DNA of 64,000 nucleotides from Eledone cirrhosa (Eukaryota). The stretch is from positions 39,618,001 through 39,682,000 of the forward strand of contig OZ024745.1 of the NCBI GenBank assembly GCA_964016885.1, given 5' to 3'. The translations under genes were made by a program, and so were the position numbers. The notes under the pieces are model-generated. The model was not told the DNA's origin. It did no database searches and saw only the letters and a list, made by a program, of their open reading frames with translations. Shown piece by piece: positions 17,671 to 32,700 of this stretch (positions are counted from its first letter, which is position 1; every line of letters starts with the position of its first letter).

Positions 17671-17803
17671 TATATATATATATATATTAAGAGGAATTCC
17701 AACTTTGTCTGATTTACTCATTTTATTTACAATCCTTTAAAATATATATAATATGGTATTATAATGAAATAGTATGATAGAATATTAAATTCTAAGTGTT
17801 AAT

Positions 17804-17842
17804 TGAACAAGTACTTTCATGCTTTCGCAATCTTCAGGTTCA
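17804..17842 (-). ncRNA. Type I hammerhead ribozyme (family C, left arm)
   Basis: Reverse complement of 17916-17954. Confidence 0.75.
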
Positions 17843-17915
17843 TGATATGTGGTGACAGTCGAGTTTGCAATGTTCAACTGTTGAAAATTGCAAACTCGAC
17901 TGTCACCACATATCA

Positions 17916-17954
17916 TGAACCTGAAGATTGCGAAAGCATGAAAGTACTTGTTCA
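17916..17954 (+). ncRNA. Type I hammerhead ribozyme (family C, right arm)
   Basis: UGAAC CUGAAGA U UGC gaaa GCA U GAAAG UA CUU|GUUCA; palindromic AAGUACUU stem III. Confidence 0.78.
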
Positions 17955-18134
17955 ATTAACACTTAGAATTTAATATTCTATCATACTATTTCATTATAAT
18001 ACCATATTATATATATTTTAAAGGATTGTAAATAAAACGAGTAAATCAGACAAAGTTGGAATTCCTCTTATTAATATAATCGTCTATACACAATCATACA
18101 CACCCGTGTATATTTACCTATCTATATCTATCTA

Positions 18135-18212
<78 letters not shown>

Positions 18213-18624
18213 TATATTCCTACATTCAAGTAATAAAAACGAAGAATATGCATACACATGAATTAATTGCATAAACACAAGTGTGAACGTGGGCGTGTAT
18301 GAATGCGTGTGTCTTTATATTCAGAAATAGAGATATCGTGATATTCTATTAAACATGATCCCAGATGAACCAACTACACGGGCTGAAGTACATATAAGGG
18401 TAGCAGTGATAACATGCCTCTTACATAAATGGTCTAAATTGTCTATATACAGAATGAGACCTGCCACATTCACAACAGATGCATGCATGGTAAAGCCTTA
18501 TCAGGGTGCAGAGAGTTCACACCGAGAACTGTTACAATATTCTTTCACCAACCATTGAAGTGCCAAACGAATAAAATTTAAAAGAACAAGGAAGGTATGC
18601 GCCCTCAGTGGTAACATATGCTAA

Positions 18625-19045
18625 CTAAAGCTGTCGGATTTCAATAAGAAGACTACCGCTACCATCAGACATCCCGTCGGTAATGGAGACCTGTATAGAC
18701 AGTTGACATAGTCAGCACCTTCATTGAGGAGATTGCTCCACAAAGAGCGACATATATACAGAAACATTGCACCATCAACTGCGCAGAATTGTGCATGCGC
18801 ACATATGTAGTGTGCAATATCACATGTAAAATATATACCCCCTTGTACTTAGGAAATACAGCCCGGATGATTCATATACGCGGGTGAAGAAGCACATGAC
18901 AACGAGAACTTCTGGTAGAGAACATTTTGAAAGATGCCGCAACTAAATCATTGAGATCACCATAAACACGAATTGAAGGAATATAGACAATTTAAGTATT
19001 AAAGAGGCCATTATCACCAACAAGAAAAAAATAGAGATTAATAAT
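18625..19045 (+). pseudogene. Degraded PLE linker + GIY-YIG endonuclease fragment
   Basis: LKLSDF...SAPSLRRLL, LCMRTYVVCNITCKIYTPLYLGNTARMIHIR/KKH, DNLSIKEAIITNKKKIEINN, with stops and frameshifts. Confidence 0.7.
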
Positions 19046-19242
19046 AATTTGTAAATGCACGAAGCAGATTGGCTACTATAATAATTCGACGCATGCGTAT
19101 ATCATACATGTAGACTAGTTAAGGAAGAAGACATCAATCGTTCGTTTTCGTCTTAGAACCATTACTATTTCACATTTGTAAAAAGGGTTATAGCACTAAA
19201 ATGTCATGTGATAATATACTGCATAAAACCTGACATTATCTT

Positions 19243-19428
19243 CGGTGGATTGGCAGTATCAGTAGAGGGTCGGACGCCATGCTTTCCAGCATAGTTACGT
19301 CCCTTTACGATCTGAGTTCAAATCCCGCCGAGGTTGACTTTGCCTTTCATCCTTACGGGGTCGATGAAATAAAGTACCAGTAATGCACTGGATAATTGCT
19401 GGCCTTGTGCCTAAAGTAGAAACAATTA
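19243..19428 (+). mobile_element. Octopus-type SINE
   Basis: ttggcagtatcagtagagggtcggacgcc...gagttcaaatcccgccgaggttgactttgcc...gtagaaac. Confidence 0.88.
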
Positions 19429-19530
19429 TCTTCTTTGCTCTTTATATATTGCCATCATATTGTACAGGCTTTTTGAAACTCACCCATCATTTATTACGTA
19501 TTCTAAAATGCTTCATATCAACTATATGTC

Positions 19531-19587
<57 letters not shown>

Positions 19588-20094
19588 GTGCGTGTGTGTG
19601 CAGTTAGTTAGCCCGTTTTGAAACAATAGAAGTCAGTAAAAACGTGTACCGTAAATGTTCTCAATTGGAAAATGAAATGCTCTAGCATATTTAACGTTTC
19701 GGGTGGTAACTTTACATCTATAATAAAGGAATATAGAACGGGTGTTTGCGTGTGTGAAAGAGAGAAAGAGAAGTTCTCGTAACGTGGGGAAATAAAAAAT
19801 GAAGCAAAGGAATAAATAAAAAATGACTACTGAATTATATTAGTACATTTTTTAAAGATCTCTTCATTACCCAAGGCAATTAATATGAGGTTATTGTGCG
19901 CGCATCTGATTGTCAACAATTCCATTGAATAATATTTTGTACAATACTAAGTGATGCATGATCACAATGTATAAATGCTATGCATTCGTTGAAAGATGTT
20001 CACATAAAATGTGATGGTATATATATATATAGTCAGACAGTAACAGGGGACAAGTCAACTTCTATTTTAGCTGCTACTACCTCCAAACCACCAA

Positions 20095-20200
<106 letters not shown>

Positions 20201-20850
20201 GAGAGAGAAACGAAAATGTGATTTATATATAAATATGTAAACTATCTTCACTATTATATTCTTCTAATTAATATACACCTTAATGTTATTGCATACTTTT
20301 TATCATATTTCCTGTTGCATAAAGAAGCCGAAATATTTATCGGCTGAGAACGGTAATATAAATTACTTTAAAAAAAAAATGTTTTGCTGTTATTCTACGA
20401 GCATTTTCTTCTCTTTTTCTTATTTTCCTTATATATATATATATATATATACAAAGTGTTAAAACGATCAAATTTTAGTTTAGAACATTTATTAGCTGAC
20501 AATTATTTCTTCCAGAGGGAAGTCTGGAATCATCGGAGCATAAGGTATGTCGAAACATGTAACTAAAATCACAGTCATTTAGAACATTTAGGGTACATAA
20601 TTTGTATTAGTGTCAAAGGCATCATGTGGAGAGTCAGCAGTTAAAAATATGTTCTGCTTGAAAGAACACAATTACAGGCAGCACTGGTTGGAAGTGTAAT
20701 AGGTATGAGTAAAAAGCACAAACAAAAAAATCTCAAACTAAAAAACAACAAGCTCAAAAAACAGGCAAACATGTTATAAGAAAGGAAAATTGGTGTACAA
20801 TGCAGGAGTCAATACAGTCAATTAGGCATGTATGAGATATGTATATATAT

Positions 20851-20920
<70 letters not shown>

Positions 20921-20923
<3 letters not shown>

Positions 20924-21165
20924 TATAAGAAACGGAGAATCAGTGGTGTGAAGAATTAAAATTTCAGAGTCAGATTCGATCATCGCATCAATCGTACCTC
21001 GAGCTGGTCGCGCCAGAGAAACGATTGTAATATGTCTAATAAACTTTAATTCGTCGCAACACTGATTCTCTGTTTATTATGTGATAATATACGCTGATCT
21101 GTAAGAGCATCGAATCCTCAAACGGCCTGCCGCATACGGACGCTTTAAGCATCCCACACCATTTG
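20921..21165 (+). mobile_element. Old fold-back+tail element between TA tracts
   Basis: Imperfect arms 20921-20960 and ~21045-21084; GAAAC remnant near 21017; ~80-nt unpaired tail. Confidence 0.55.
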
Positions 21166-21237
<72 letters not shown>

Positions 21238-21396
21238 CATATATATGAACTATAAAAGTATAAACTATAAAAGAGAAAACACAGGTAAGCATTAAGAGAA
21301 GAATTTTATCCACGTATTTACGACCGTGAAACCATCCATGAAACTGGCTTTCTTAACCACGAACTGGATCACAATAAGCAAGTTTCTGCTTCCCTA

Positions 21397-21440
<44 letters not shown>

Positions 21441-21441
<1 letters not shown>

Positions 21442-21630
21442 GAACGAGTAGGACCCCGACGGCTGAGCTCAAGCCGGTTCGCCGGCTAATTGTGGAGAGA
21501 ATTAGCCGTCGAAACGGCTTGAGCTCAACCTTCGGGGTCCTACCCGTTCCTATTACCCACTCTACTACCCTAAGTATTGAGTACTTTGGTGCGTTATGGT
21601 CCATCTGGTTCCTTACCACATTTCCTTCGT

Positions 21631-21632
<2 letters not shown>
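21441..21632 (+). mobile_element. Family A fold-back+tail element
   Basis: Arms 21441-21491/21501-21550; tail 21551-21632; TA flanks. Confidence 0.8.
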
Positions 21633-21664
<32 letters not shown>

Positions 21665-21744
21665 CAATCCCCACACAGGAAATTAGCTGGGAACACAGCT
21701 TCTGAAAATCATATAGAAATACCTCGATAGACAGAAATAATGTC

Positions 21745-21811
21745 TGGTAGCCTCTACAGAGAATCGAACTCGGCACATCGAGTTCTCGATACCATTGAGC
21801 TAAACGACCCC
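21745..21811 (-). mobile_element. tRNA-derived head (SINE or tRNA pseudogene) ending in CCA
   Basis: Minus: ggggtcgttTAGCTCAATGGta...GAGTTCGATTCtctgtagaggctACCA; A and B boxes present, anticodon arm missing. Confidence 0.55.
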
Positions 21812-22317
21812 TAATGAGAGGAACAGATTTCCATGAAGCTAAATACCAACTTAGCAAAGTGACTGCATTTGTAAATAAAGATTCGCTCGTCGGGTGAGAT
21901 GAAATGCTTAAAAATTGAGAAAATATCGAATGCAGGAAAATACTTAGGAGCAGAGCCCATAAAAGTTACCAACTTAAGGAAAGCTAATAGGCGGAATTTG
22001 AGAACTACAGAGTTCAATTCTCTCTAAAGGGCACAAGACAAATGTTCCGTCTATAGTGGTATTTTACATCGTTTTCTAAGATGTATTCACTGACATATTC
22101 CTACTTTTTCTATACATTCCAATCATTTCAACTCACTCCTCACTCAAACGAAATATATATTTATATAAATATATATAAATGTACACACACACACACACAC
22201 ACAAACACACATACAGATGCACGCACACACACACACATGCACACACACGCATACATACGCACGCACACGCACACGCACATACACACACACAAGCGCGCGC
22301 ACACACACACACAAACC

Positions 22318-22389
<72 letters not shown>

Positions 22390-22497
22390 TACATCAGTTC
22401 AGAGAAGGGATGTCGTGTGAAATATTTCTCAACTTTATAATATCATGAATATAATAATCACCTGCAACCTCGTTAGTAATATATTTATTGCGTTTTC

Positions 22498-22545
<48 letters not shown>

Positions 22546-23048
22546 CTGTTCCCCTACGTCAAAAATATTCATTCTTCTTACGACATTTCGTAGCAAATGA
22601 CAATATCATCATTATTATTGGCAACATTACTAGAGCGTCAGAAATATTGTCTTTTGGTATCAGAAAAATTGTCTTTCGGCTCTTTACCTTGTAGATAATG
22701 AAAAGAGTAGTAATGTGTTGTGAAAAGGTTACCCTGACTGTTTCAATGATTGGAGACACAACCATACTTTCGTGGAAAGAAGCGTGCAGTAAATTAACAC
22801 GTTTAAGGGAAAGGAGCGTCCCGTAGAAGACCAAAGAACATGTACTCATTTATTCATGAAACAAGTGGGGTGACTATAGTTAGAATACCTCCATAAAGTC
22901 ATGAAAGACAAAGGGATTTTCATTTCTGGCAATTCAATTAGCGATCTAATGAACATTTCAATCACTTTACTTTAAGATCGTTGAGTCTTCCTAAAGTGTA
23001 AGAAGATTAATGCTATTATTTTTATCTTCGACATCAATGCATATACAA

Positions 23049-23796
<748 letters not shown>

Positions 23797-24123
23797 GTTG
23801 AACAGAATTGGCTGTGCAGTTGTTTTTAAGGTAACTTAGAATGGAGTGGGAATAAGAAGGAAGCAAGAAGGGAACGGAGAGTTTTCCTCATCAGTTGTCT
23901 ACTGGTGGTCTCGTATGTTTCTACGCTTTAAAGACAAGATATCTCGCCCCAGGGCATATATATATGTAAGTATGTATACATATATACATATGCATATAAG
24001 CGTGATTGTGAGTGTGACAGGGAGAGAGAGAGAAATAGTGTGTGAGTGTGTGAGTGTTTATATTATATAATTAAACAATGTAAAGAATCCTAAATATATA
24101 TGTACATTCACACACACTCACAC

Positions 24124-24197
<74 letters not shown>

Positions 24198-24201
<4 letters not shown>

Positions 24202-24240
24202 ATATTACACAAATATGACCCTCCCCAAGTATAACAACAT
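24198..24240 (+). mobile_element. Family D terminal fragment in TA
   Basis: ggcaatattacacaaatatgacc...cccaagtataacaac shared with 48768 and 63355. Confidence 0.65.
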
Positions 24241-24256
24241 ATATATATATATGCAA

Positions 24257-24329
<73 letters not shown>

Positions 24330-24702
24330 GTTATGTATGAGTGTCTGGGGTGGCGGTGCTTCGCTTGGTGGATATGGGATTTGGCAACCGATCTTTAGTC
24401 CATGAGTTCAATTGAATAGTCCACATTATGACCTTGAGCAAGAAATTGAGTTCTATCTGTGATTCAAGAATCTTGATATGATTAGTCTGTATGACGCTGA
24501 ATCCCTTTGAGAACTAGGTTTAGGCGTGTGTGTTTGTGTGTGATTATTCGTATCTTGTTACACATGTCTAGGAATGTTGTGCTCATGGAATTGGCTAACC
24601 ATTCCAGGTACAAGTATCGTTATTCTTAGGGAGAGACAGCTTGACCCGGACGACTAATTGAATTACTGGTAAACTCCACACTTCGGACTTCCAAACATTT
24701 TT

Positions 24703-24744
<42 letters not shown>

Positions 24745-24745
<1 letters not shown>

Positions 24746-24815
24746 TTAAAATAACAGATTAAAGTTTAAGCAAAGAACCGGTGCTTTGGATTTTAGTCTT
24801 CACATTTATTATTAT

Positions 24816-24820
<5 letters not shown>
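24745..24820. mobile_element. Family F minimal insertion: inverted internal end joined to tail end
   Basis: attaaaataacagattaaagtttaagcaaagaa + tttggattttagtcttca...attattacta; both pieces occur in 49590-50945. Confidence 0.75.
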
Positions 24821-24864
<44 letters not shown>

Positions 24865-24923
24865 TATATTGGTAAAAAGAAAAGAAAATGCTGACAAATA
24901 TATGTATATGTACATATACATAT

Positions 24924-24974
<51 letters not shown>

Positions 24975-25344
24975 AATAATATATATAGTAATAATAATAT
25001 ATACACACGCACACCCATATATCGACACACACACACACACATAAACGCACACACACATATATATATATAATATAAGAATATATATATATACATATAATGT
25101 AGGAGGTGAGTTTTATTGTAAAGCAATGCACACATCGGATAAGAAGCACTCTACAGTTTGTAGGACTGGAGTATACATAATATATATGTTGATTTAAAAC
25201 TGCACTATCCACAAGTGTTTTTAGCCTTCATATCATGTTCTCCTGTTTTATCTGTTGAAAACACAAATATTATTGCATGATGATGTTTGTTTTTGAAATG
25301 CGCATAATAAAATACATGGAACTCCTTTAAACATCTTTTGATCT

Positions 25345-25418
<74 letters not shown>

Positions 25419-26327
25419 GTATGTCAGTATAAACATATATGTGCGTTTTTATATATATATATTTATATATATGTGTATGTGTCTGTGTGTATGTGTGTGT
25501 GCGATTAGTGAGTGTACGTATATTTTGTATATATATATATATATATATATTTGAAAAGGGAAGTAAGGTTCTATACAAAACTATGGTTATAGAGAAAAAG
25601 TGAGATTGGAAATAGCACGGAAAATATATGTAATGGTCTGTTTTTCTATTGTTCCTTTCTTTTTTCATGAAAGTAACATTATTGGAAAAAATAGTGGGGC
25701 AATTCTTTCCAGTCTCCTTCTCAACAAGGAAGATAAAAAAATACATACCTCAAGAGTTAATTTTAAATATTTAAATTTTAGTTTTTAATTCTTATTAATT
25801 CTTTTTACTTTAATACTCAACATTTTGTTAGATGAATTTTACTTACACATCGAAACCGGTTATACTTCATATACATTATATACATTATAAAATCCATTTA
25901 AAAAAGACCTCTCCCGCTCATTTGTTCAATAATGTCACTTTGATGAATCATAGAAAGGAAAATAAAAGACAAACAGGCCATTACATATATCTTCCGTGCT
26001 ATATTTAATTTCACCTCTCTATATATACATATATATATGGTTGTGTTTAACATATATAGGGAGAAAACTCCTAACATCTCTACGGTGGTTAATAGATATA
26101 CATCCATCTACAATTGCTTTTCATCCTTTCAATTACGATAAATAAAGTACTAAACGTCTGCATTGGGTGACGGAAGTGTTAAATGGTCTGCGGTGAGGTT
26201 TTACAGTATAGTCTCCAGGACCTCAAGTTCCGACAGAAAATCGCCTCAGATATCTACAGACCTATCTCGCGAAACCACAGTCATAAATTTACTTTAGGCG
26301 AACACTAAGGAAGGATTCATATGGAGG

Positions 26328-26545
<218 letters not shown>

Positions 26546-26615
26546 GGAAAATATACCACTTGAGATAATGTAATTTCTTCCAGCGCCCTTATATAATGAT
26601 AATAATATTAATTAT

Positions 26616-27100
26616 GTTGGATATGACCACCCAGTGCGACCATTTTCTGGTGGCTAGACATTATGGTCGTAGAAAAGAAGAGAACAAAGCATGAAATGTC
26701 GATATTGCTTCACCATGGGACCACAGAGTCATTGAGAAAGAAAGTCAGAAACTTGAAATTGAAGAGAGAAACTGAAGAGAGAAACCAGGAAAGTATTGAG
26801 AACCAGACACGTAGAAGTGGTACTGATTGTGGTTGGCTCGCCGGGAGCAGTTAGTTCAAGGATCGAACCATGACTTGAGGAGATAGGAATTACCATCAGG
26901 ATAGGATTGTTGCAGAAAATAGCCTTGCTGGGAACAGCAATATTTCTAAGAAGGGTTTTGGAAAGTTGAAGTATGAATGACCCAAAGGACTATCGGGCAT
27001 TGGCTGTGGCTCGAACTTTTGGTGTAGTATCGGTTTAACATCTGCCAGGGCAAAAGCGGTACGAATAATAATAATAATAATATTAATAATAATAAGGATG
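26616..27100 (+). mobile_element. 5'-truncated Dong/R4-type LINE (restriction-like endonuclease C-terminus) in (TAA)n
   Basis: TQCDHFLVAR..DIMVVEKK..DIASPWDHRVIEK..VEVVLIVVGSPGAV..LLQKIALLGTAIFLRRVLES*; (AAT)n tail and TAA-rich 5' flank. Confidence 0.75.
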
Positions 27101-27768
27101 ATAATGATAATAAAATATACTAGTAATGATAATTATGGTTTCGAAATTATCCTTAATTCCACATATTAATTGCAGACCCTTAAATTCATTGAGGTTTCAG
27201 GAAGGACGAAACCAATATTAACCTCGCTGTGTTTTCGTTTTTATTAAACTCTTCGAAATCCCCGATACTGGTTGGAAGCAAGAAGAATGGTTTCTTCAAG
27301 TAGTTCTAATAAAAATACGTCCAACTGTGAGGATTTTCAGAGAAACACAACTTAACGTTAAAACGTGTGCGAGTTTAAGAATATCAACCAAATATTATAA
27401 CCTTTAGCTATAATGTCAGATTATAACGAGAAGAAATAAAATCCCGCAACGCATCTACACCGGGATCCTGGACATGTCCTATGTTTTATCAATACCAAAA
27501 AGTTTAGATGTATAAATTAATTAGATGGAATATGAACTGAGGGCTGAGACATTGAGATGATATAGCTAGAAAATATGTCCTACGATTTATCTACTTAAAA
27601 TATCTTATGAAATGAGAGAATTATAGCACCAAACATCTGAATTATGATATAACTTGAAATCACAGTGTGACGTTTATAAGTGCAGGCATGGTTAAATAGT
27701 TTGGTCTACAATCACGTGTTTATGTGTTCAGTTCGGCTGCGTCGCAGCTTGGGCAAATACATACCATG

Positions 27769-27939
<171 letters not shown>

Positions 27940-28692
27940 ATTTACATATATATACACACACACACACATACACATACACACACCCCCACACACACATATA
28001 TATATATATAATATATATGTATGTATGTGTGTGTTTGTCTGTTTATATGTTTGTGTGTGTGTGTGTGTGTGTGCGCTTAAAACCGAGTGTATCAGCATCT
28101 GTTTACGTTTGTGTCTGTATTTACCTGCCATAGTTTAGCAGTTCGACCAAAGAAAGATCGATAATATAAGCTCCCAACTTGACGAAATAAGTACTGGAGT
28201 CAAGATAATCGACTTAATTATGGTGGTGTCCCATCATAATCACATTCTAGAAATAATGTAAAATATTAATTTTGGTTTTTTATTTGGAACATGACCAGCT
28301 AGATTTTATTTTATGAAAATTGAAAATATGAAAGTTAATATTGTCCTCGACAACAATTCGGTTAATAATGTATATAACAAATATTTCTTACACAGACGCA
28401 TGGCCTCAAGTTTTTGGAAATGGTCAGTCGGTTATATTGATTCAAATACTACACTGGTACTTTCATATATCGACCAGTGAAGGCTTTGAAAACATCATTA
28501 AGAAAAAATAAACTTTTCGTAGTGAATAAAATATTCATATAAAAATGTGTAAGCCGATATTGTTGATAAAAGTATTATGTTAGTGATTTTGGTGGTGGCC
28601 AATATGAGAAGTTAAAATTGGTGCAGGTACATACACTGTTGTTTGAAAAATCATAAGTGCAGTGTGTCTGGGTAACGTTGTTGATTAAAAGC

Positions 28693-28730
<38 letters not shown>

Positions 28731-29695
28731 TGTGTGAGTGTGTGTGTGTGTATGTACACGCCCCTCTACACACATATATAAATATACATATACATGTGTG
28801 TGTATGTGTGTAGGTAGTTATGTATGTATTTATAGACTTGTAAATTATATATCGATAACACATGTACTGTGTTTGTGATGTAAAATCCAATTTGCAAATA
28901 TCGCCGGCGTGATTTGAACCTGTTTATCTTTTATTTCGCTACATCAAATCTTCTAATGAGAAAACAGCTTAAATCCGAAATCTTTCTGTCAATCTATTAT
29001 AAGATGACATCTAAAGCCATATATCGATGTCTTTATCAATAACAAAAGAGTGACAGCTAGATATATTTTTGAAAAAAGTAGTATTAAAAAATATCATAAA
29101 AAATAAGGAAATTTGGGTACATCACATAAAGGATTTTTGTTACTTACCCGATAGTAAATCCACAAAGCTTAGCAAGCACAACGCTTGAAATAAGAAATTT
29201 CCATACATATTTGAGTTTTTCCGCCGGGAATTAGAAATGGTTTGCGAAATGTGAGTACACAATAGGACTCTATATGATTGTGTAAGCGCGTATGTGTGTA
29301 CGCACGTGCCCGCCTGACTCTGGCTGTGTGTGTAATCATATATAGGTATAAATATATACATGCAAGATCAGCTTATATCCGAGGGACGTTTGGGTTTTTG
29401 ACATAACGGCTAGATTCCATCAGCACAGCTATAACGTTCATTCTTAACATTAATATTTACTAGAGTTTTTTTTCTTCTTCTTTAATTTTCACTCTATAAC
29501 TGTTTCATTTTCTATCCCCCCTCACTCTGTCTATTTATCTTTTACTCACTCTCTTTTAACCTCTATTACATCAGCAGCCACATATGGTTAAGTCTATGTG
29601 TATGTGGGAGCATGCATATGTGTGCATGAGAGCGAGAGAGAGAGTCTGTGTACTTGAATATCCGTGTGTATATGTATAAATATATATATATATAA

Positions 29696-29757
<62 letters not shown>

Positions 29758-29796
29758 ATATATTTATATAAATATGTATGTATATATATATGTATG

Positions 29797-29861
<65 letters not shown>

Positions 29862-29934
29862 GGTGTATGTCTGCTTCAGGTTAAATTTAAACGTATACAA
29901 GTTATCATGTGTCCATTATATGAGTAGATAATCT

Positions 29935-30003
<69 letters not shown>

Positions 30004-30542
30004 ATATGAATGTGCGTGTCTAGATGTGTGTGCGTATTTATTTATGCATCTGTGTGCATGTATGCATATATATTATTGTATGTGCATGTGAACGTGTGCT
30101 AGTGATTCTTGTTTACACGAAACCACTTGTAGACTGCAGTACCCCTAGCAACTTGTAAACAGCCAGCAGGATCTATGAAACAGCCTAAAACTACTGTATT
30201 TGGCAGGCGTATAACAATCACATCTACGGACATAATATACGGACAGAATTATATGTTTAAGTAACAAAATGTATTATAAAATATATGTATGCATATATGT
30301 ACGTGCAGGTAATGTATATTTGTAAAGGTAATTATTTCGGTATTATTGCATAAACACTTTTTCTCTTACATATGCAGATATATGTATGTCTGTGTTATAC
30401 CACGTATGTGTGTGTTCATGTGTACGTTTTTCTTTATGGGAGTGTTTATGTTTATACAGGTATGCATATTTTTATTTTTGTAGGGATTTTCATTGAATAA
30501 TTTATATGTCCGCAGTATAATAAAATACTGAAACAAGTAAAT

Positions 30543-30608
<66 letters not shown>

Positions 30609-31481
30609 TGTGTGTGTGTATGTATTGAAGTTTGATTGTGTCTGTGTGTATGTTTGTTTGTTCGTGTGTGTGTGTGTCTATGTGTACGTATTTTATGTAT
30701 ATATTTCAAGTACTTGCGCACATTTCAATCTATGAACATAAAACAAGCAACGTGTGCTTAGTAGAAGTCGCACTGGTCTTTCAATTCCTGTCTTCATTTA
30801 AAACATTCATTTGAACACATATCTAATTTTTCCATTATAGGAAATAACAAAAAAACAATAAATTACATGTTTCTACATCTCTATATATATAAATATTATA
30901 TATAGATTTTCACGAGGCAGAATCTTTTTACAACGATGCAATGTTTCTAGGTCCGGACTGTTTAGTTTTTTATCGAATAAGAACTGTATTTCACCTGGAG
31001 TGGATAAGCCACCACTGTATCGGAGTGGTGCACGGCGTGATATAATACCAACGTTAAAGGATGTACATTAAAAGAAAGACAAAAATAAATCAGCTATACA
31101 CTTGATATTAAGGACAGGAGTTAACCGATTTACTTGTGAACGAAAACTTTTATGATTTCTATAAAATATTGACTAGTTTATTAATTATATTGTTATCGCC
31201 GTCATTATCGTAGTCGCTGTTGTTCTTTTTGTTGTTTTATTCATTAACTCTCTATAGTATTGCTGCGTTTTGATACTGCATTTTTTTTCGAGACGATAAG
31301 ATATTTGTTTTCATCGAATGTTATATATAATTTCCCATAAATCATCATATATACACAAGGAACTTACACTTTTTGGGGGTTATTGCATGAGTGTTTACAT
31401 TTTTACAACACGTATATGCGGCTTATTAATACATATTCGTATGATATATGACAATGTTTGTCATTTCAAAGAACCTATCTA

Positions 31482-31594
<113 letters not shown>

Positions 31595-31659
31595 TGAGAG
31601 AGAGAGGGAGAGACAATGCGTTCGTGTACATACTATAAGTATAAAATAAAAAAGTCTCC

Positions 31660-31756
<97 letters not shown>

Positions 31757-31768
31757 GTGTGTGTGTGT

Positions 31769-31831
<63 letters not shown>

Positions 31832-32022
31832 AAGTGTAAAATGTTATGTGGTTATGATTTGTGTACTTCTGCAGGAGATGTGCTTAAATTTAGATAAATG
31901 TAGATACATTGGCATAGTGTGCCTGTATATATATATATACACAAAAACGCACACACAAACACAAATACGACTCTTGCGTTGTTTACATATATATTCATTC
32001 AAAGTATATATATTTAATAGTA

Positions 32023-32054
<32 letters not shown>

Positions 32055-32058
<4 letters not shown>

Positions 32059-32156
32059 TATATATATATTATTTCAGATAAACTATTATGTATATATATA
32101 TATATATATATATATTCATATATATATATTATTTCAGATAAACTATTTTGTATATA

Positions 32157-32224
<68 letters not shown>

Positions 32225-32252
32225 TATATATATATTATTTCAGATAAACTAT

Positions 32253-32256
<4 letters not shown>
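32055..32256. repeat. Three tandem copies of ttcatatatatatattatttcagataaactatt embedded in TA
   Basis: Copies at ~32055, 32115 and 32221. Confidence 0.85.
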
Positions 32257-32296
<40 letters not shown>

Positions 32297-32316
32297 AATA
32301 CATATATATATATATG

Positions 32317-32353
<37 letters not shown>

Positions 32354-32591
32354 CTAAGACTTATGATTAGAATGTCGATACACACACAGAAGCAAACAAA
32401 GTTAAATGCAACACGCTTATATTCATTGCAGGTATATACGTTTTACATGTTTCTGCAGTGTTGTGTTTACATTTGTAAACATATAGCTTTTCAGTGTGTG
32501 TGTGGGTGGGATTGTGTGGGCGCCCGCACGTGTGTGGGTGTGGGTGTGAACATATCTGTGTGTGGGTTTGCGGACACTTGTGTGTTCGTGT

Positions 32592-32663
<72 letters not shown>

Positions 32664-32700
32664 GCATATTAATAGTTAGTTTTAGTAATACATATATATA

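Larger units (their letters stand above)
17688..18113 (+). mobile_element. Family C fold-back+tail element: near-perfect ~190-bp arms centred at 17879, tail ~18071-18113
   Basis: Arms differ at only a few positions; hammerhead in both arms; TA flanks. Confidence 0.85.

Noticed and set aside
17688-18070. MITE or pre-miRNA interpretation of the palindromes
   Set aside because: Asymmetric tails, variable centres, hammerhead motifs and a PLE coding link fit retroelements better; the arms are too long and perfect for miRNA hairpins
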